Assembly (NCBI RefSeq): GCF_002449305.1
Contig: NZ_DKDI01000034.1
Strand: one strand, 5' to 3'
DNA from: Treponema sp. UBA6852
Lineage (GTDB): Bacteria > Spirochaetota > Spirochaetia > Treponematales > Treponemataceae
DNA: 64,000 nt
The position numbers and the translations under genes were made by a program. Positions 1-8,824 of the stretch are shown piece by piece. Position 1 is the first letter of the stretch. Each line of letters starts with the position of its first letter. The notes under the pieces are model-generated. The model saw only the letters and a program-made list of their open reading frames with translations, searched no databases and was not told the origin of the DNA.

Positions 1-690
1 CCAGAAAGTCCTGGCGCAAACGACAACAGCGCGGCTGACTGGCAGCTTATGAACTGGGCAGTGTGGCTTAAAAATTATCCTTCATTCCATAATGTAAGAA
101 TTTTTTTTACAGACGGAGAAGAGCTCGGCTGGACTGTAACAAACCAAGGCGCATTTGGAATTGCAAAAACTTTTCAGCGTCTTGGAATTACAAACGATGA
201 TGTCTATGTTTTTGACGCTTGCGGACGCGGTGAAATTCCGATTCTTTCAAAAAGTGGTTTAAGTTCACTGGCTTCCGCAAAATTCAAATCTCAATTCAAC
301 GACCTTTACGCAAGAACACAAAATATTTTAAAGCGCGCCACAGACGGCAGATGGATGACACTTCCAGTTCCGTACAGCGACAACGCATCTTTTCTTGCCT
401 GTGGAATTCCAGCAGTCGCAATTACACTTTTACCAGCAGAAGAAGCTTCACTTTATGCAAGAAAAATCAACAGCGACAAATCTCTTGAAGATGCGGTTAT
501 GAACAGGGAAACTTCAAAGCAAAAACGCATTGAAGAAAATATTCCGGACTTTTCATACAAAGAGCACCTGCCCTACACTTGGCGCCTTTTCCACACACAA
601 AGCGACAACATAGACTCGCTGACTCCTGCAAGCTTTAAAGTAATGGAATCAATTTTAAAATCTCTTACGGAAAGCAAAACTCCATGCTAA
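1..690 (+). CDS. M28-family metallopeptidase-like protein, 5'-truncated by the window edge
   Basis: Frame 1 is open from nt 1 (PESPGANDNSAADWQL precedes the listed Met at 49). PGANDNSAA and FFTDGEELGW resemble M28 metal-ligand motifs. Confidence 0.5.
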   Translation, partial: PESPGANDNSAADWQLMNWAVWLKNYPSFHNVRIFFTDGEELGWTVTNQGAFGIAKTFQRLGITNDDVYVFDACGRGEIPILSKSGLSSLASAKFKSQFNDLYARTQNILKRATDGRWMTLPVPYSDNASFLACGIPAVAITLLPAEEASLYARKINSDKSLEDAVMNRETSKQKRIEENIPDFSYKEHLPYTWRLFHTQSDNIDSLTPASFKVMESILKSLTESKTPC

Positions 691-1592
691 TTTTCAGCTT
701 GCCTTTTAGCCGCAATTTTTGAATTGTAAATAAAAACAAAGACGGCAGTTCCAATTATAATAAAATATCCTGCAATGCTAAAAACGTCCGGAATCTGATC
801 AAGAAAAACAAATCCAAGAATTCCTGCAAAAACAATATTTGAATAATCATAAATTGAAATTTTTGAAGCCGGAGCATTAAAGTAAGCATTTGTCATTCCG
901 AACTGACCGCAAGCAGCTCCAAGTCCCGCGCAAAGCAAAATCAGAACTTGAAACAAAGTCATAGGCACGTGGCAAAAGAAAACAAACGGAATTGCAAGCA
1001 AACTTGAAAAAAGTGAAAAGAAAACAATTATAAAATCTCCGCAAACATTATACGAATGAAGTTTTCTTACAAAGCAAGACGCAAAGCCAGCTCCCATTCC
1101 GCCGACAAAAGCAAAAAGAGCCGGAAAAACTTTTACAAAATCAAATGTGGGCTTAATAACAAAAAGCGAGCCGGCAAAAACAACAATCAATGAAAATGCA
1201 GAAACAAAATTTGGCTTTTCACCAAGAATGAAAATGCTTGCAACCACAGCAAAAAATGGCGACATTTTATTCAGCATAGCGGCATCAGAAATATTCATAA
1301 AGCCCAAAGCATAAAAGTTTCCAAAAATTCCAAGAGAACCAACTGCCGATCTTAAAAGCAAAAATTTCCAAGCCTCACGAGGAATGTAAAGAACCGATTT
1401 GTCTTTTTTTGCCTTCATGCACAAAGTCGAAAAAGCAACAAAGAACGCAATGAGGTTTCTAAAAAGAGTTTTCTGAACAAAAGGAATGTTTCCTGCCAAA
1501 CGGACGCAAAGTCCCATTACCGCAAATCCAAATGCAGAAAATAAAATCCAGCAAACTCCAAGCTTTAAGTTTTCTTGCTTTTCCATATTCAC
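687..1592 (-). CDS. DMT (EamA-like) family permease
   Basis: 301 aa and uniformly hydrophobic, with about 10 predicted TM helices in two similar halves, as is typical of EamA/DMT transporters. Confidence 0.6.
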   Translation of the reverse strand: MNMEKQENLKLGVCWILFSAFGFAVMGLCVRLAGNIPFVQKTLFRNLIAFFVAFSTLCMKAKKDKSVLYIPREAWKFLLLRSAVGSLGIFGNFYALGFMNISDAAMLNKMSPFFAVVASIFILGEKPNFVSAFSLIVVFAGSLFVIKPTFDFVKVFPALFAFVGGMGAGFASCFVRKLHSYNVCGDFIIVFFSLFSSLLAIPFVFFCHVPMTLFQVLILLCAGLGAACGQFGMTNAYFNAPASKISIYDYSNIVFAGILGFVFLDQIPDVFSIAGYFIIIGTAVFVFIYNSKIAAKRQAEN

Positions 1593-1676
1593 AAGATTAT
1601 AAAACCTTGCATTTTTTTTGTAAATTAAAATTCAGCGGAAATTGAATTTATTCAAAATGAAGTTTATTATAAAGCG

Positions 1677-2600
1677 ATGATTGAAAAAACTTGGACATCA
1701 AACGAAAAGAAAACTTTAAATGAATTTTTAAGGCAAAAAATTCCAGAGCTTCTTGAAGGCGAAATTTCCAACAGCAAAATCAGACGCTTAATTGTTTCCG
1801 GCGCAGTTTATGTAAATTCCAATCAATGCAGAATTCCTTCATTTAAAATAAATTCAGGAAGCACAGTTAAAGTTTTAATTGACAAGGAAAAATTCTTTTT
1901 TGAAAAACAGCCGGAAGATACAGATTTCGAACTTACAGAAAAAGATGTTCTTTTTGAAGATGAATATTTAATCGCAATAAACAAACCGCCTTTTCTTCCA
2001 ACCGAACAGACAATTACAGGTCAAAGAAAAAACGCCCACGACTGCACAGTAAAATATTTGTGGCAAAAAAATCCTTCTCTTAGAAATCCGCCATACGTTG
2101 GAATAATGCACAGACTGGACAGAGAAACAAGCGGAATTCTTTTGTTCACAAAAAGCCGCAGTATAAACAAAGAAATTTCTGAAATGTTTAAAAACCGCGG
2201 AATAAAAAAAATCTACAGAGCAGTCTGCACTGGAAAACTTCCTGAAAAAAAAGAATTCACTGTTGAAAATTTTATTGCGCGGATTTCACCAAAAAGCTCA
2301 GCTTGCAAAATGGGAATTGTTCCAGAATCAAAGGGTGGACTTTTTGCAAAAACTGACTTTAAGATAATTTCAGAAAAAAGCAGCATTATCCAAATTGACT
2401 GCCAGCTGCACACGGGGCGGACACATCAAATAAGAGTTCAGCTTGCAAGTGTGAATCTTCCAATTGCAGGCGATGAGCTTTACGGCGGAATAAAATCAGA
2501 CAGAATAAAACTTCATGCAAGAAAAATGGAATTTGTGCATCCAGTTTCAAAAGAAAAAATTACAATTGAATCAGAAATTCCAAAGGACTTTTTTAATTGA
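1677..2600 (+). CDS. RluA-family 23S rRNA pseudouridine synthase (RluD-like, with S4 domain)
   Basis: Catalytic motif HRLDRETSGILLFTKS, an N-terminal S4-like segment (RRLIVSGAVYVN), and HTGRTHQIRVQL. Confidence 0.8.
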   Translation: MIEKTWTSNEKKTLNEFLRQKIPELLEGEISNSKIRRLIVSGAVYVNSNQCRIPSFKINSGSTVKVLIDKEKFFFEKQPEDTDFELTEKDVLFEDEYLIAINKPPFLPTEQTITGQRKNAHDCTVKYLWQKNPSLRNPPYVGIMHRLDRETSGILLFTKSRSINKEISEMFKNRGIKKIYRAVCTGKLPEKKEFTVENFIARISPKSSACKMGIVPESKGGLFAKTDFKIISEKSSIIQIDCQLHTGRTHQIRVQLASVNLPIAGDELYGGIKSDRIKLHARKMEFVHPVSKEKITIESEIPKDFFN

Positions 2601-2604
2601 AAAA

Positions 2605-3561
2605 CTAGTCGCCCCAAACGCCGGTTTTTAATTCCTCAAAAGTTTTTTTCCAGCTTTCGTAGCGCGCCTTTGAAATTTTTCCCTCTTCGACAGCTTTGCA
2701 AATTGCGCAGCCTTTTTCTTTTATATGTGAACAGCTCATTCCAAAACTGCATTTTCCAATAAACGGAAAAAATTCTTTGTAATAAAGCGCAAGATTTTCC
2801 GCGGAAATTCCGTGCAGCAAAAAAGTTTTTACGCCCGGAGTATCGATTATATTTGCAACCGCATCTTTTCTTCCGCCCATTAGAGCTTCGTTCAGCTGAA
2901 GATGAATCAGCGTGCCTTTTGTTGTTGTATGAGTTCCCTTGCCGTATTTTTTGGAAAGGCTGCCAGTTTTTAAAACAACATTGTTGTCAAGAACATTTAT
3001 TATAGAACTTTTTCCAACGCCGCTTTTTCCAACAAAGGCGCAAGTTTTGTTTTCAATGAAATTCGCAAGCTCTTCAATTCCTTCGCCAGTCTTTGCGCTT
3101 GAACGGATTATTTTGTATCCAATTTCTTCCCAGTTCAAAAGCCGCTCTTTAAATTCATCCGACTGCGGAAGTTCATATTTATTGCAGACAATCACTGGAG
3201 TTATTTTCTGAAAATCCGCCTGAACAAGAGCACGGTCAATAAAGCGCGGTTTAAAAGGAGGCTCGTCTGGAGTTGTAACAATCAGAAGATAATCCAAATT
3301 TGAAGCAAGAACCTGAGGCTGTCTTTTTTTTACATTCCAACGCACAAATTCATTTTTGCGAGGAACAAGATTTTTTATAAGACCTTTTTCATCTTCAAGG
3401 GAATCATCATCCAAAATAACAATGTCGCCTGGCGCAAGCGGATTGTAATAGCCTTTTCCGTCTTTTAAAATTTTTCCTTTTAGAGAACATTCTCGGACAT
3501 AGCCGTCATCGCATTCAACCTGAAAAACATTTTTACTTCCATCTAAAACAAGTCCATTCAT
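2605..3561 (-). CDS. rsgA: ribosome small-subunit-dependent GTPase A
   Basis: Circularly permuted GTPase: NKYEL (G4) precedes GKSGVGKSSIIN (G1) and DTPG (G3). C-terminal zinc knuckle CSFGMSCSHIKEKGCAI. Confidence 0.85.
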   Translation of the reverse strand: MNGLVLDGSKNVFQVECDDGYVRECSLKGKILKDGKGYYNPLAPGDIVILDDDSLEDEKGLIKNLVPRKNEFVRWNVKKRQPQVLASNLDYLLIVTTPDEPPFKPRFIDRALVQADFQKITPVIVCNKYELPQSDEFKERLLNWEEIGYKIIRSSAKTGEGIEELANFIENKTCAFVGKSGVGKSSIINVLDNNVVLKTGSLSKKYGKGTHTTTKGTLIHLQLNEALMGGRKDAVANIIDTPGVKTFLLHGISAENLALYYKEFFPFIGKCSFGMSCSHIKEKGCAICKAVEEGKISKARYESWKKTFEELKTGVWGD

Positions 3562-3649
3562 ATAACTAATAAAAGTAAAAAAGAAAACGCAAACTGTGTC
3601 AAGGGGAAAATTTTGTTCAAATTATTTTGCAAAAAACAATAAAATGCTC

Positions 3650-3678
3650 TTGACCAAATTTATTTTAGAGTATATGAT
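3650..3678 (+). promoter_or_regulatory. sigma70-like promoter for tRNA-Lys (TTGACC-17 nt-TATGAT)
   Basis: -35 TTGACC at 3650-3655, 17-nt spacer, -10 TATGAT at 3673-3678, about 24 nt upstream of the tRNA 5' end. Confidence 0.6.
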
Positions 3679-3701
3679 ACTAATCACGTTGAAAAACGGA
3701 T

Positions 3702-3774
3702 GGGCTACTAGCTCAGTAGGTAGAGCAACGCCCTTTTAAGGCGTGGGTCTCGTGTTCGAATCACGAGTAGCTCA
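3702..3774 (+). tRNA. tRNA-Lys (anticodon UUU)
   Basis: Cloverleaf read by hand: acceptor gggctac/gtagctc, D arm gctc-agtaggta-gagc, anticodon arm acgcc-cTTTTaa-ggcgt, T arm tcgtg-ttcgaat-cacga. Confidence 0.93.
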
Positions 3775-3780
3775 GTAAAA

Positions 3781-3808
3781 GGCACTTGATTTTCGAGTGT
3801 CTTTTTTA
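3781..3808 (+). terminator. rho-independent terminator after tRNA-Lys
   Basis: 8-bp stem ggcacttg/cgagtgtc (two G-U pairs), 5-nt loop, then TTTTTT. Confidence 0.7.
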
Positions 3809-3873
3809 TTTTTAAACAATTTTGAATTAATTAATTTGCAGCAAACATTGAAATATAAAAATCACCTTTCAAA

Positions 3874-5523
3874 CTATTTTATAACTTTCCAGTCCGCACC
3901 ATTTTTTCCGCCGAAAACTTTTGTTTTGTTTTTAAACTTCCCGCAATTTTCAGATAAAAACGCAACATCGTAGCCACTCATCAAATCGTCAGGATGATAA
4001 TGAAGTTCAACACAAGACTCTTTTCCTTCCGCAGTAAAAAGGCTCAGCGCATTATTCAAAACGATTATATCAGAAGCAACTAGAATCATTTTTTCAAGAT
4101 GCCGGTTTTTATATTGCGACAAAACAAATTCAAGCTGAAGTTTTTGAATTCCCAAAAATGAAAAATCCGCATTTTCTTTCAGCTCCAAAAAACGCGAAAA
4201 ATTTTCAAGGAAAACAGAAGGCTTTACATGAAGCGGAAATAAAATCAAATTGAACCAAGGAACGGCTCTGCCTTTGTTGTAAAAAATATCGGCAGCAAAA
4301 GAAAATTTTCTTGCTCTTTCAATGTCTTGCTGTGAGAACATTTTTGTTTTTAAAACATTGTAAGGCGGTTCTTGCTGCCACACAAGACCAAGAGATGCAG
4401 CCTTGTCATGCAAATCTGTTCCCGGCAAAACACTAAGACAAAAAAGTTCAAGATTGTTCGGGTAAAGAGAAAGCGCAAAATCTACGCTCTGTTTGAATCC
4501 AGAAAAACTGTCGCCCGGAAGTCCAAAAATCAAATCAAAACCAAAGACAACTCCTTCCCTATTTAGAATGCCAATGTTCTTTACAAATAATTTTTTATCA
4601 AAGCTTCTGTTCACTAGCTTAAGAACTTCTTTGTGCATACTTTGAAGTCCAAACTGAAGGCTGCACGGAATAGAAGCAAAAGCATGGGCAAGTTCCCTGT
4701 CAATAAATTCCGCTCGGGCTTCAAAACTAAAAAATGTCGCAGGAGATTTTCTTTTTATAAGCTTAAGAATTTCCAGTGCGCGTTTTTTATTCGCATTGTA
4801 AGTCGGATCAAGAACAAAGACTTGCGGCACTTTTTTTTCAGCAAAAAATTCAAGTTCGCGTTCTATGCGCTCCATTGAAAAATACTGAACTTTTTTTTCG
4901 CCTTTGCTTTCATAGCAATACGAACATTTAAAAGGACAGCCACGTGCAAGTTCCCACAACGCGCCGCAATAATCAGAAGGATTCAAAGTTCCATCAAGCC
5001 ATGGTGAAGACAAAGTTTGCAATGACGGAGGCAAACTTCGGCACAAGGAATTTTTATTTTCGTCTTTTTTATAGACTCCTTGAATATCAAAATTTTCATT
5101 TTTGTTTTTAGAGTTAAAAAGTTTATTCAAAAGCTGCGGAACAGACTCTTCGCCTTCACCGCAAATAGTCCAGTCAAAATTTTTAAATGAAAGAGGAGAT
5201 GCTGTAACTTCAGGACCTCCAGCAATAAGAATTGCAGAAGGAATTTTTTCTTTTATCTTTTGCGCCAAAGTTTCAAGCTGCGTTCTGTTCCATACAAAAA
5301 CACTAAAGCAAACCGCAAAAAGATTTTCTGCGCAAGAAAAAATTTCAGATTCAATCTTAGATGAATTTCCATTTTCAAGAGAAAAAGAAGACAAGTGAAC
5401 TTCAAAAATATTTTTTGTAAGCGGACTATTTTTTACAGCAGAAGCAATGCAAGCGGCGCCAAGAGGAACAGCCTGAGGTGATGTTTCCGCCAAAGCAGTA
5501 ACGCAGCAAACAATCTTGCTCAA
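3874..5523 (-). CDS. B12-binding-domain radical SAM protein
   Basis: CxxxCxxC cluster motif GCPFKCSYCYE, an N-terminal B12-binding-like Rossmann segment and a long C-terminal extension. The start appears to be TTG. Confidence 0.7.
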   Translation of the reverse strand: MSKIVCCVTALAETSPQAVPLGAACIASAVKNSPLTKNIFEVHLSSFSLENGNSSKIESEIFSCAENLFAVCFSVFVWNRTQLETLAQKIKEKIPSAILIAGGPEVTASPLSFKNFDWTICGEGEESVPQLLNKLFNSKNKNENFDIQGVYKKDENKNSLCRSLPPSLQTLSSPWLDGTLNPSDYCGALWELARGCPFKCSYCYESKGEKKVQYFSMERIERELEFFAEKKVPQVFVLDPTYNANKKRALEILKLIKRKSPATFFSFEARAEFIDRELAHAFASIPCSLQFGLQSMHKEVLKLVNRSFDKKLFVKNIGILNREGVVFGFDLIFGLPGDSFSGFKQSVDFALSLYPNNLELFCLSVLPGTDLHDKAASLGLVWQQEPPYNVLKTKMFSQQDIERARKFSFAADIFYNKGRAVPWFNLILFPLHVKPSVFLENFSRFLELKENADFSFLGIQKLQLEFVLSQYKNRHLEKMILVASDIIVLNNALSLFTAEGKESCVELHYHPDDLMSGYDVAFLSENCGKFKNKTKVFGGKNGADWKVIK

Positions 5524-5538
5524 GCGTCCTCCAAGAAT

Positions 5539-7584
5539 TTACGCCTTTACCTGGAAGTGGCTGAACACCATTCCAAAACTTGCTCTTCCTTGTGTTACAG
5601 AGCGAAGGTTTGTCGAAAATCCGAACATTTTCGCCATTGGAGCTTTTGCGTGAATTACGTTTTCGCCTGATTTTTCATCCATGCTTACAATCATTCCGCC
5701 ACGCTGTGTAATCTGGCTCATTGCATCTCCAACAAATTCAGAAGGACATTCAATATCAACTTCCATTACCGGCTCAAGCAGTTCTGGAGTTGCAGACTCA
5801 CACGCCTTGTCAAATGCTTCGGCCGCGGCGGCTTCAAATGCAAAAGTAGAAGCTGTAAGCTCATCGTATTTTATGTCAGTTACAGAAACTGCAATGTCTG
5901 TACAAGGATAGCCCATTCGTATTCCAGAAGCAAAACAGCTTTGAATGCTCTGCTCAATCGCTTCATAAATTTCCTTTGGAATTGAGTTGTCATGCACTGC
6001 GCAAGTATAAGAGTTTCCGGCTCCAGTTTCTCTTGGTTCAATATGAATTGCAAGGCAAGCAGCATTTTCTTTTCCGGCAAGAACTTTGCTGAACTCTTCT
6101 TTATAATCAGCAGCAGTAGAAATTGACTCTCTGTAAGTAACCTGCGGAGAACCAACTCTGCATTGAACTTTAAAGTCGTCTCTGATTCGAGTAACAAGAA
6201 CATCAAGGTGAAGCTCGCCCATTCCAGAAATAACAAGCTGCCCGGTTTCTTCGTCATCACGGAAAGTAAACGTAGGATCTTCGCGGCTAAGAATTTCAAG
6301 AGTTTCCTGAAGTTTTGCGCGATCCCCCATTGTTTCAGGCTCAATCGCAATCGAAATAACAGGCTCTGGGAATTTTACGCTTTCAAGAAGAACAGGCATT
6401 CCTTCGCTTCCCAAAGTATCTCCAGTCTGCGCAAATTTCAAGCCTACAAAAACGGCAATGTCTCCTGCACTTACGCTGTCCATTTGCTCCATTCTGTTTG
6501 CATTTACGCGAAGAATTCTATTTACACGCTCGCGCTTCTTTTTTCCAACATTGTAAACTTGAGTTCCGGTTGAAATTTTTCCAGAGTACATTCTAACAAA
6601 GCAAAGAATTCCTGCCTCGCGGTCATACTGAATTTTAAATACAAGACCTGCTGGAGTCTTTGAATCTGGATCACATTTTACAAGAATTTTTTCCTCTCCA
6701 TTTTTCTTTACATGGATTCCTTCAGCTGGAGGAACTTCATCCGGAGAAGGAAGATAAGAAACAATCGCATCAATTAGAGGCTGAACTCCCTGATTGTGCC
6801 GGCTTGAACCGCAAAGAAACGGAACAAGAGTTCTATTAATTGTAGCCTTGCGCAATGCAGACATAAGCTGCTCAACAGAAATTTCCTTGCCTTCTATATA
6901 AAGATCTGTAAGCTCTTCATCGTTTGAAGCTACTGTATCAACAAGTTTTTCCCGCCATTCCTGTGCAAGTTCTTTGTATTCATCGCTGATTTCTGATTCT
7001 GTAAATTTTTCGCCTTCAGTTTCTGCGTCCCAGCGGATTTCTTTCATTTTTAGAAGATCTATAACACCTTCAAAGTCCTGCCCGCTTCCCATAGGAATTT
7101 CAAGAGCAACAGGCTCGCAGCCGAATTTTTTACGAACATCTTCAATTGCTCCAAAGAAGTCCGCTCCTACTCTGTCCATCTTGTTTACAAAGCAAATGCG
7201 CGGAACATGAAATTCATCTGCCTGCTTCCAGACAGTTTCAGTCTGCGGCTGAACCCATCCAACAGCGCAAATTACGGCAACAGCTCCGTCAAGAACACGC
7301 AAAGAACGTTCAACTTCCGCAGTAAAATCAACATGGCCTGGAGTGTCAATGATATTTATTTTGTAGCCTTTCCATTCGGTTGTTATTGCAGCTGAAGCGA
7401 TTGTAATTCCACGCTCTTGTTCCTGCTTCATAAAATCCATTGTAGCCGCGCCATCATCAATTTCACCGATTTTATGAATTTTTCCAGAATAATAAAGAAT
7501 TCTTTCTGTTGTAGTTGTTTTTCCAGCATCAATATGAGCCATGATGCCAATGTTTCTCATTTTTTCAAGCATATAGATTTCCAA
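5539..7584 (-). CDS. fusA: elongation factor G paralog (stand-alone, outside an str operon)
   Basis: AHIDAGKTTTTERIL, DTPGHVDF and NKMDR GTPase motifs with full five-domain EF-G length. The true start may be one of the Met residues a few codons downstream (MLEKMRN). Confidence 0.88.
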   Translation of the reverse strand: MEIYMLEKMRNIGIMAHIDAGKTTTTERILYYSGKIHKIGEIDDGAATMDFMKQEQERGITIASAAITTEWKGYKINIIDTPGHVDFTAEVERSLRVLDGAVAVICAVGWVQPQTETVWKQADEFHVPRICFVNKMDRVGADFFGAIEDVRKKFGCEPVALEIPMGSGQDFEGVIDLLKMKEIRWDAETEGEKFTESEISDEYKELAQEWREKLVDTVASNDEELTDLYIEGKEISVEQLMSALRKATINRTLVPFLCGSSRHNQGVQPLIDAIVSYLPSPDEVPPAEGIHVKKNGEEKILVKCDPDSKTPAGLVFKIQYDREAGILCFVRMYSGKISTGTQVYNVGKKKRERVNRILRVNANRMEQMDSVSAGDIAVFVGLKFAQTGDTLGSEGMPVLLESVKFPEPVISIAIEPETMGDRAKLQETLEILSREDPTFTFRDDEETGQLVISGMGELHLDVLVTRIRDDFKVQCRVGSPQVTYRESISTAADYKEEFSKVLAGKENAACLAIHIEPRETGAGNSYTCAVHDNSIPKEIYEAIEQSIQSCFASGIRMGYPCTDIAVSVTDIKYDELTASTFAFEAAAAEAFDKACESATPELLEPVMEVDIECPSEFVGDAMSQITQRGGMIVSMDEKSGENVIHAKAPMAKMFGFSTNLRSVTQGRASFGMVFSHFQVKA

Positions 7585-7676
7585 AAATAAACGCGAAATT
7601 TTTTCAGTATTTTAAAAAAATACACACCAGATGTCAAGGCAAAGTATTTTTCCAAAAGTTTATTTCTTTACATTTC

Positions 7677-7704
7677 AAGATGATATGATATAATTATTTG
7701 ATAA
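7677..7704 (+). promoter_or_regulatory. sigma70-like promoter (TTTACA-16 nt-TGaTATAAT) for the response-regulator gene
   Basis: -35 at 7677-7682, extended -10 TGaTATAAT with the hexamer at 7699-7704, 54 nt upstream of the ATG at 7759. Confidence 0.55.
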
Positions 7705-7758
7705 CATTTAAAAATTCAGTTTCAGCGATTTTTTGATATTCAACAACTGGAGCAAGAG

Positions 7759-8784
7759 ATGACAACGATTTTAATAGTTGATGATTCTGAAATTGACAGA
7801 GCGGTTTTAAAAAACATACTGGCAAGTTTCTACAATGTAATTGAAGCAGATTCAGGATATGCGGCGCTTGATATTCTAAACAATCCGGCTGTAAAAATAG
7901 ACGGATTAATCATTGATATAAATATGCCCGGATTAAGCGGATTTGAAGTGCTCAGCCTGCTAGACAAGTCAAGACACTCAGGAATGGTGATTCTGCTTAT
8001 TTCTTCAGAAGCCAAAAAAGACAACATTATAAGAGCCGCAAATTTTGGAGCGTCAGGATTTTTCAAGAAGCCTTATGACAGCGAGCAAATTCTTTCAAAG
8101 CTGAAGTCAATATTCGCAAAAAAAGTTCTTGCCGCTTCAATGCTAAAAGGAACAGTTTCAGACAAAGAGCTCAAGGCGACAATTCTTTATGCAGACAAGC
8201 TTCGCCGTGTTTATCTTACTTATCTCAAAGGTGAAAAAAAGAGCGACGACCTTTATATTCAAGTAAGTGAAATTGTGCACATCATGCTTGAAAATTATTT
8301 TGCAACAAAAGCTCCAAAAGATCTTACGCCGGAAGGAATTGAAATAATCAGCCGCGCAGCATATTTTTACGACATAGGCAGAATGATTGTAAGCCACGAA
8401 AAATTCAAGGTTTATTCCCAGTCAGAAATCGATGACATTCCAGAAACACACACAATAGCAGGAGCAGATTTTGTAGGCGTGAACAGCTCGCCAAGTGTCG
8501 CATATTTTGTAAAAGTCTGCTCTGACATCTGCATGCACCACCACGAACGCTACGACGGAAGAGGAATGCCTCACGGACTAAAAAGCAGCATCAACAATAT
8601 CTACACCCAGATGTGCGCAATCGCAATAGAATTCTGCATAAACTTTTTTTCCGCGGAAGAAATAAGCGCAGCCGAATTCAACATGGCAATGAACACAATC
8701 TTAGAAGATAAAGACGCGTTCCGGCCAGATGTAATAGAGCTTCTAAAAAGCAGCCAGGACGACATCCTCGCCTGCTACACATAA
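7759..8784 (+). CDS. response regulator: REC domain fused to a degenerate HD-GYP-like domain
   Basis: REC: DDS...IIDINMPG...KKP. The C-terminal domain has YDIGR where canonical HD-GYP has HDIGK, and HHERYDGRGMPHGL (GMP instead of GYP). Confidence 0.7.
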   Translation: MTTILIVDDSEIDRAVLKNILASFYNVIEADSGYAALDILNNPAVKIDGLIIDINMPGLSGFEVLSLLDKSRHSGMVILLISSEAKKDNIIRAANFGASGFFKKPYDSEQILSKLKSIFAKKVLAASMLKGTVSDKELKATILYADKLRRVYLTYLKGEKKSDDLYIQVSEIVHIMLENYFATKAPKDLTPEGIEIISRAAYFYDIGRMIVSHEKFKVYSQSEIDDIPETHTIAGADFVGVNSSPSVAYFVKVCSDICMHHHERYDGRGMPHGLKSSINNIYTQMCAIAIEFCINFFSAEEISAAEFNMAMNTILEDKDAFRPDVIELLKSSQDDILACYT

Positions 8785-8824
8785 AAAAATTGAATTTTCT
8801 GCTGATAATTCGTATAATCAATTT

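Noticed and set aside
5880-6573. Alternative-frame and antisense ORFs (156 aa and 136 aa) inside the EF-G gene
   Set aside because: EF-G is unambiguous across the whole interval. The overlapping ORFs have no motifs or start signals and are best explained as shadow ORFs. The same applies to 10206..10631 in nadE, 30945..31391 in lepA, 50532..50888 in bamA and 46823..47182 in mutS.
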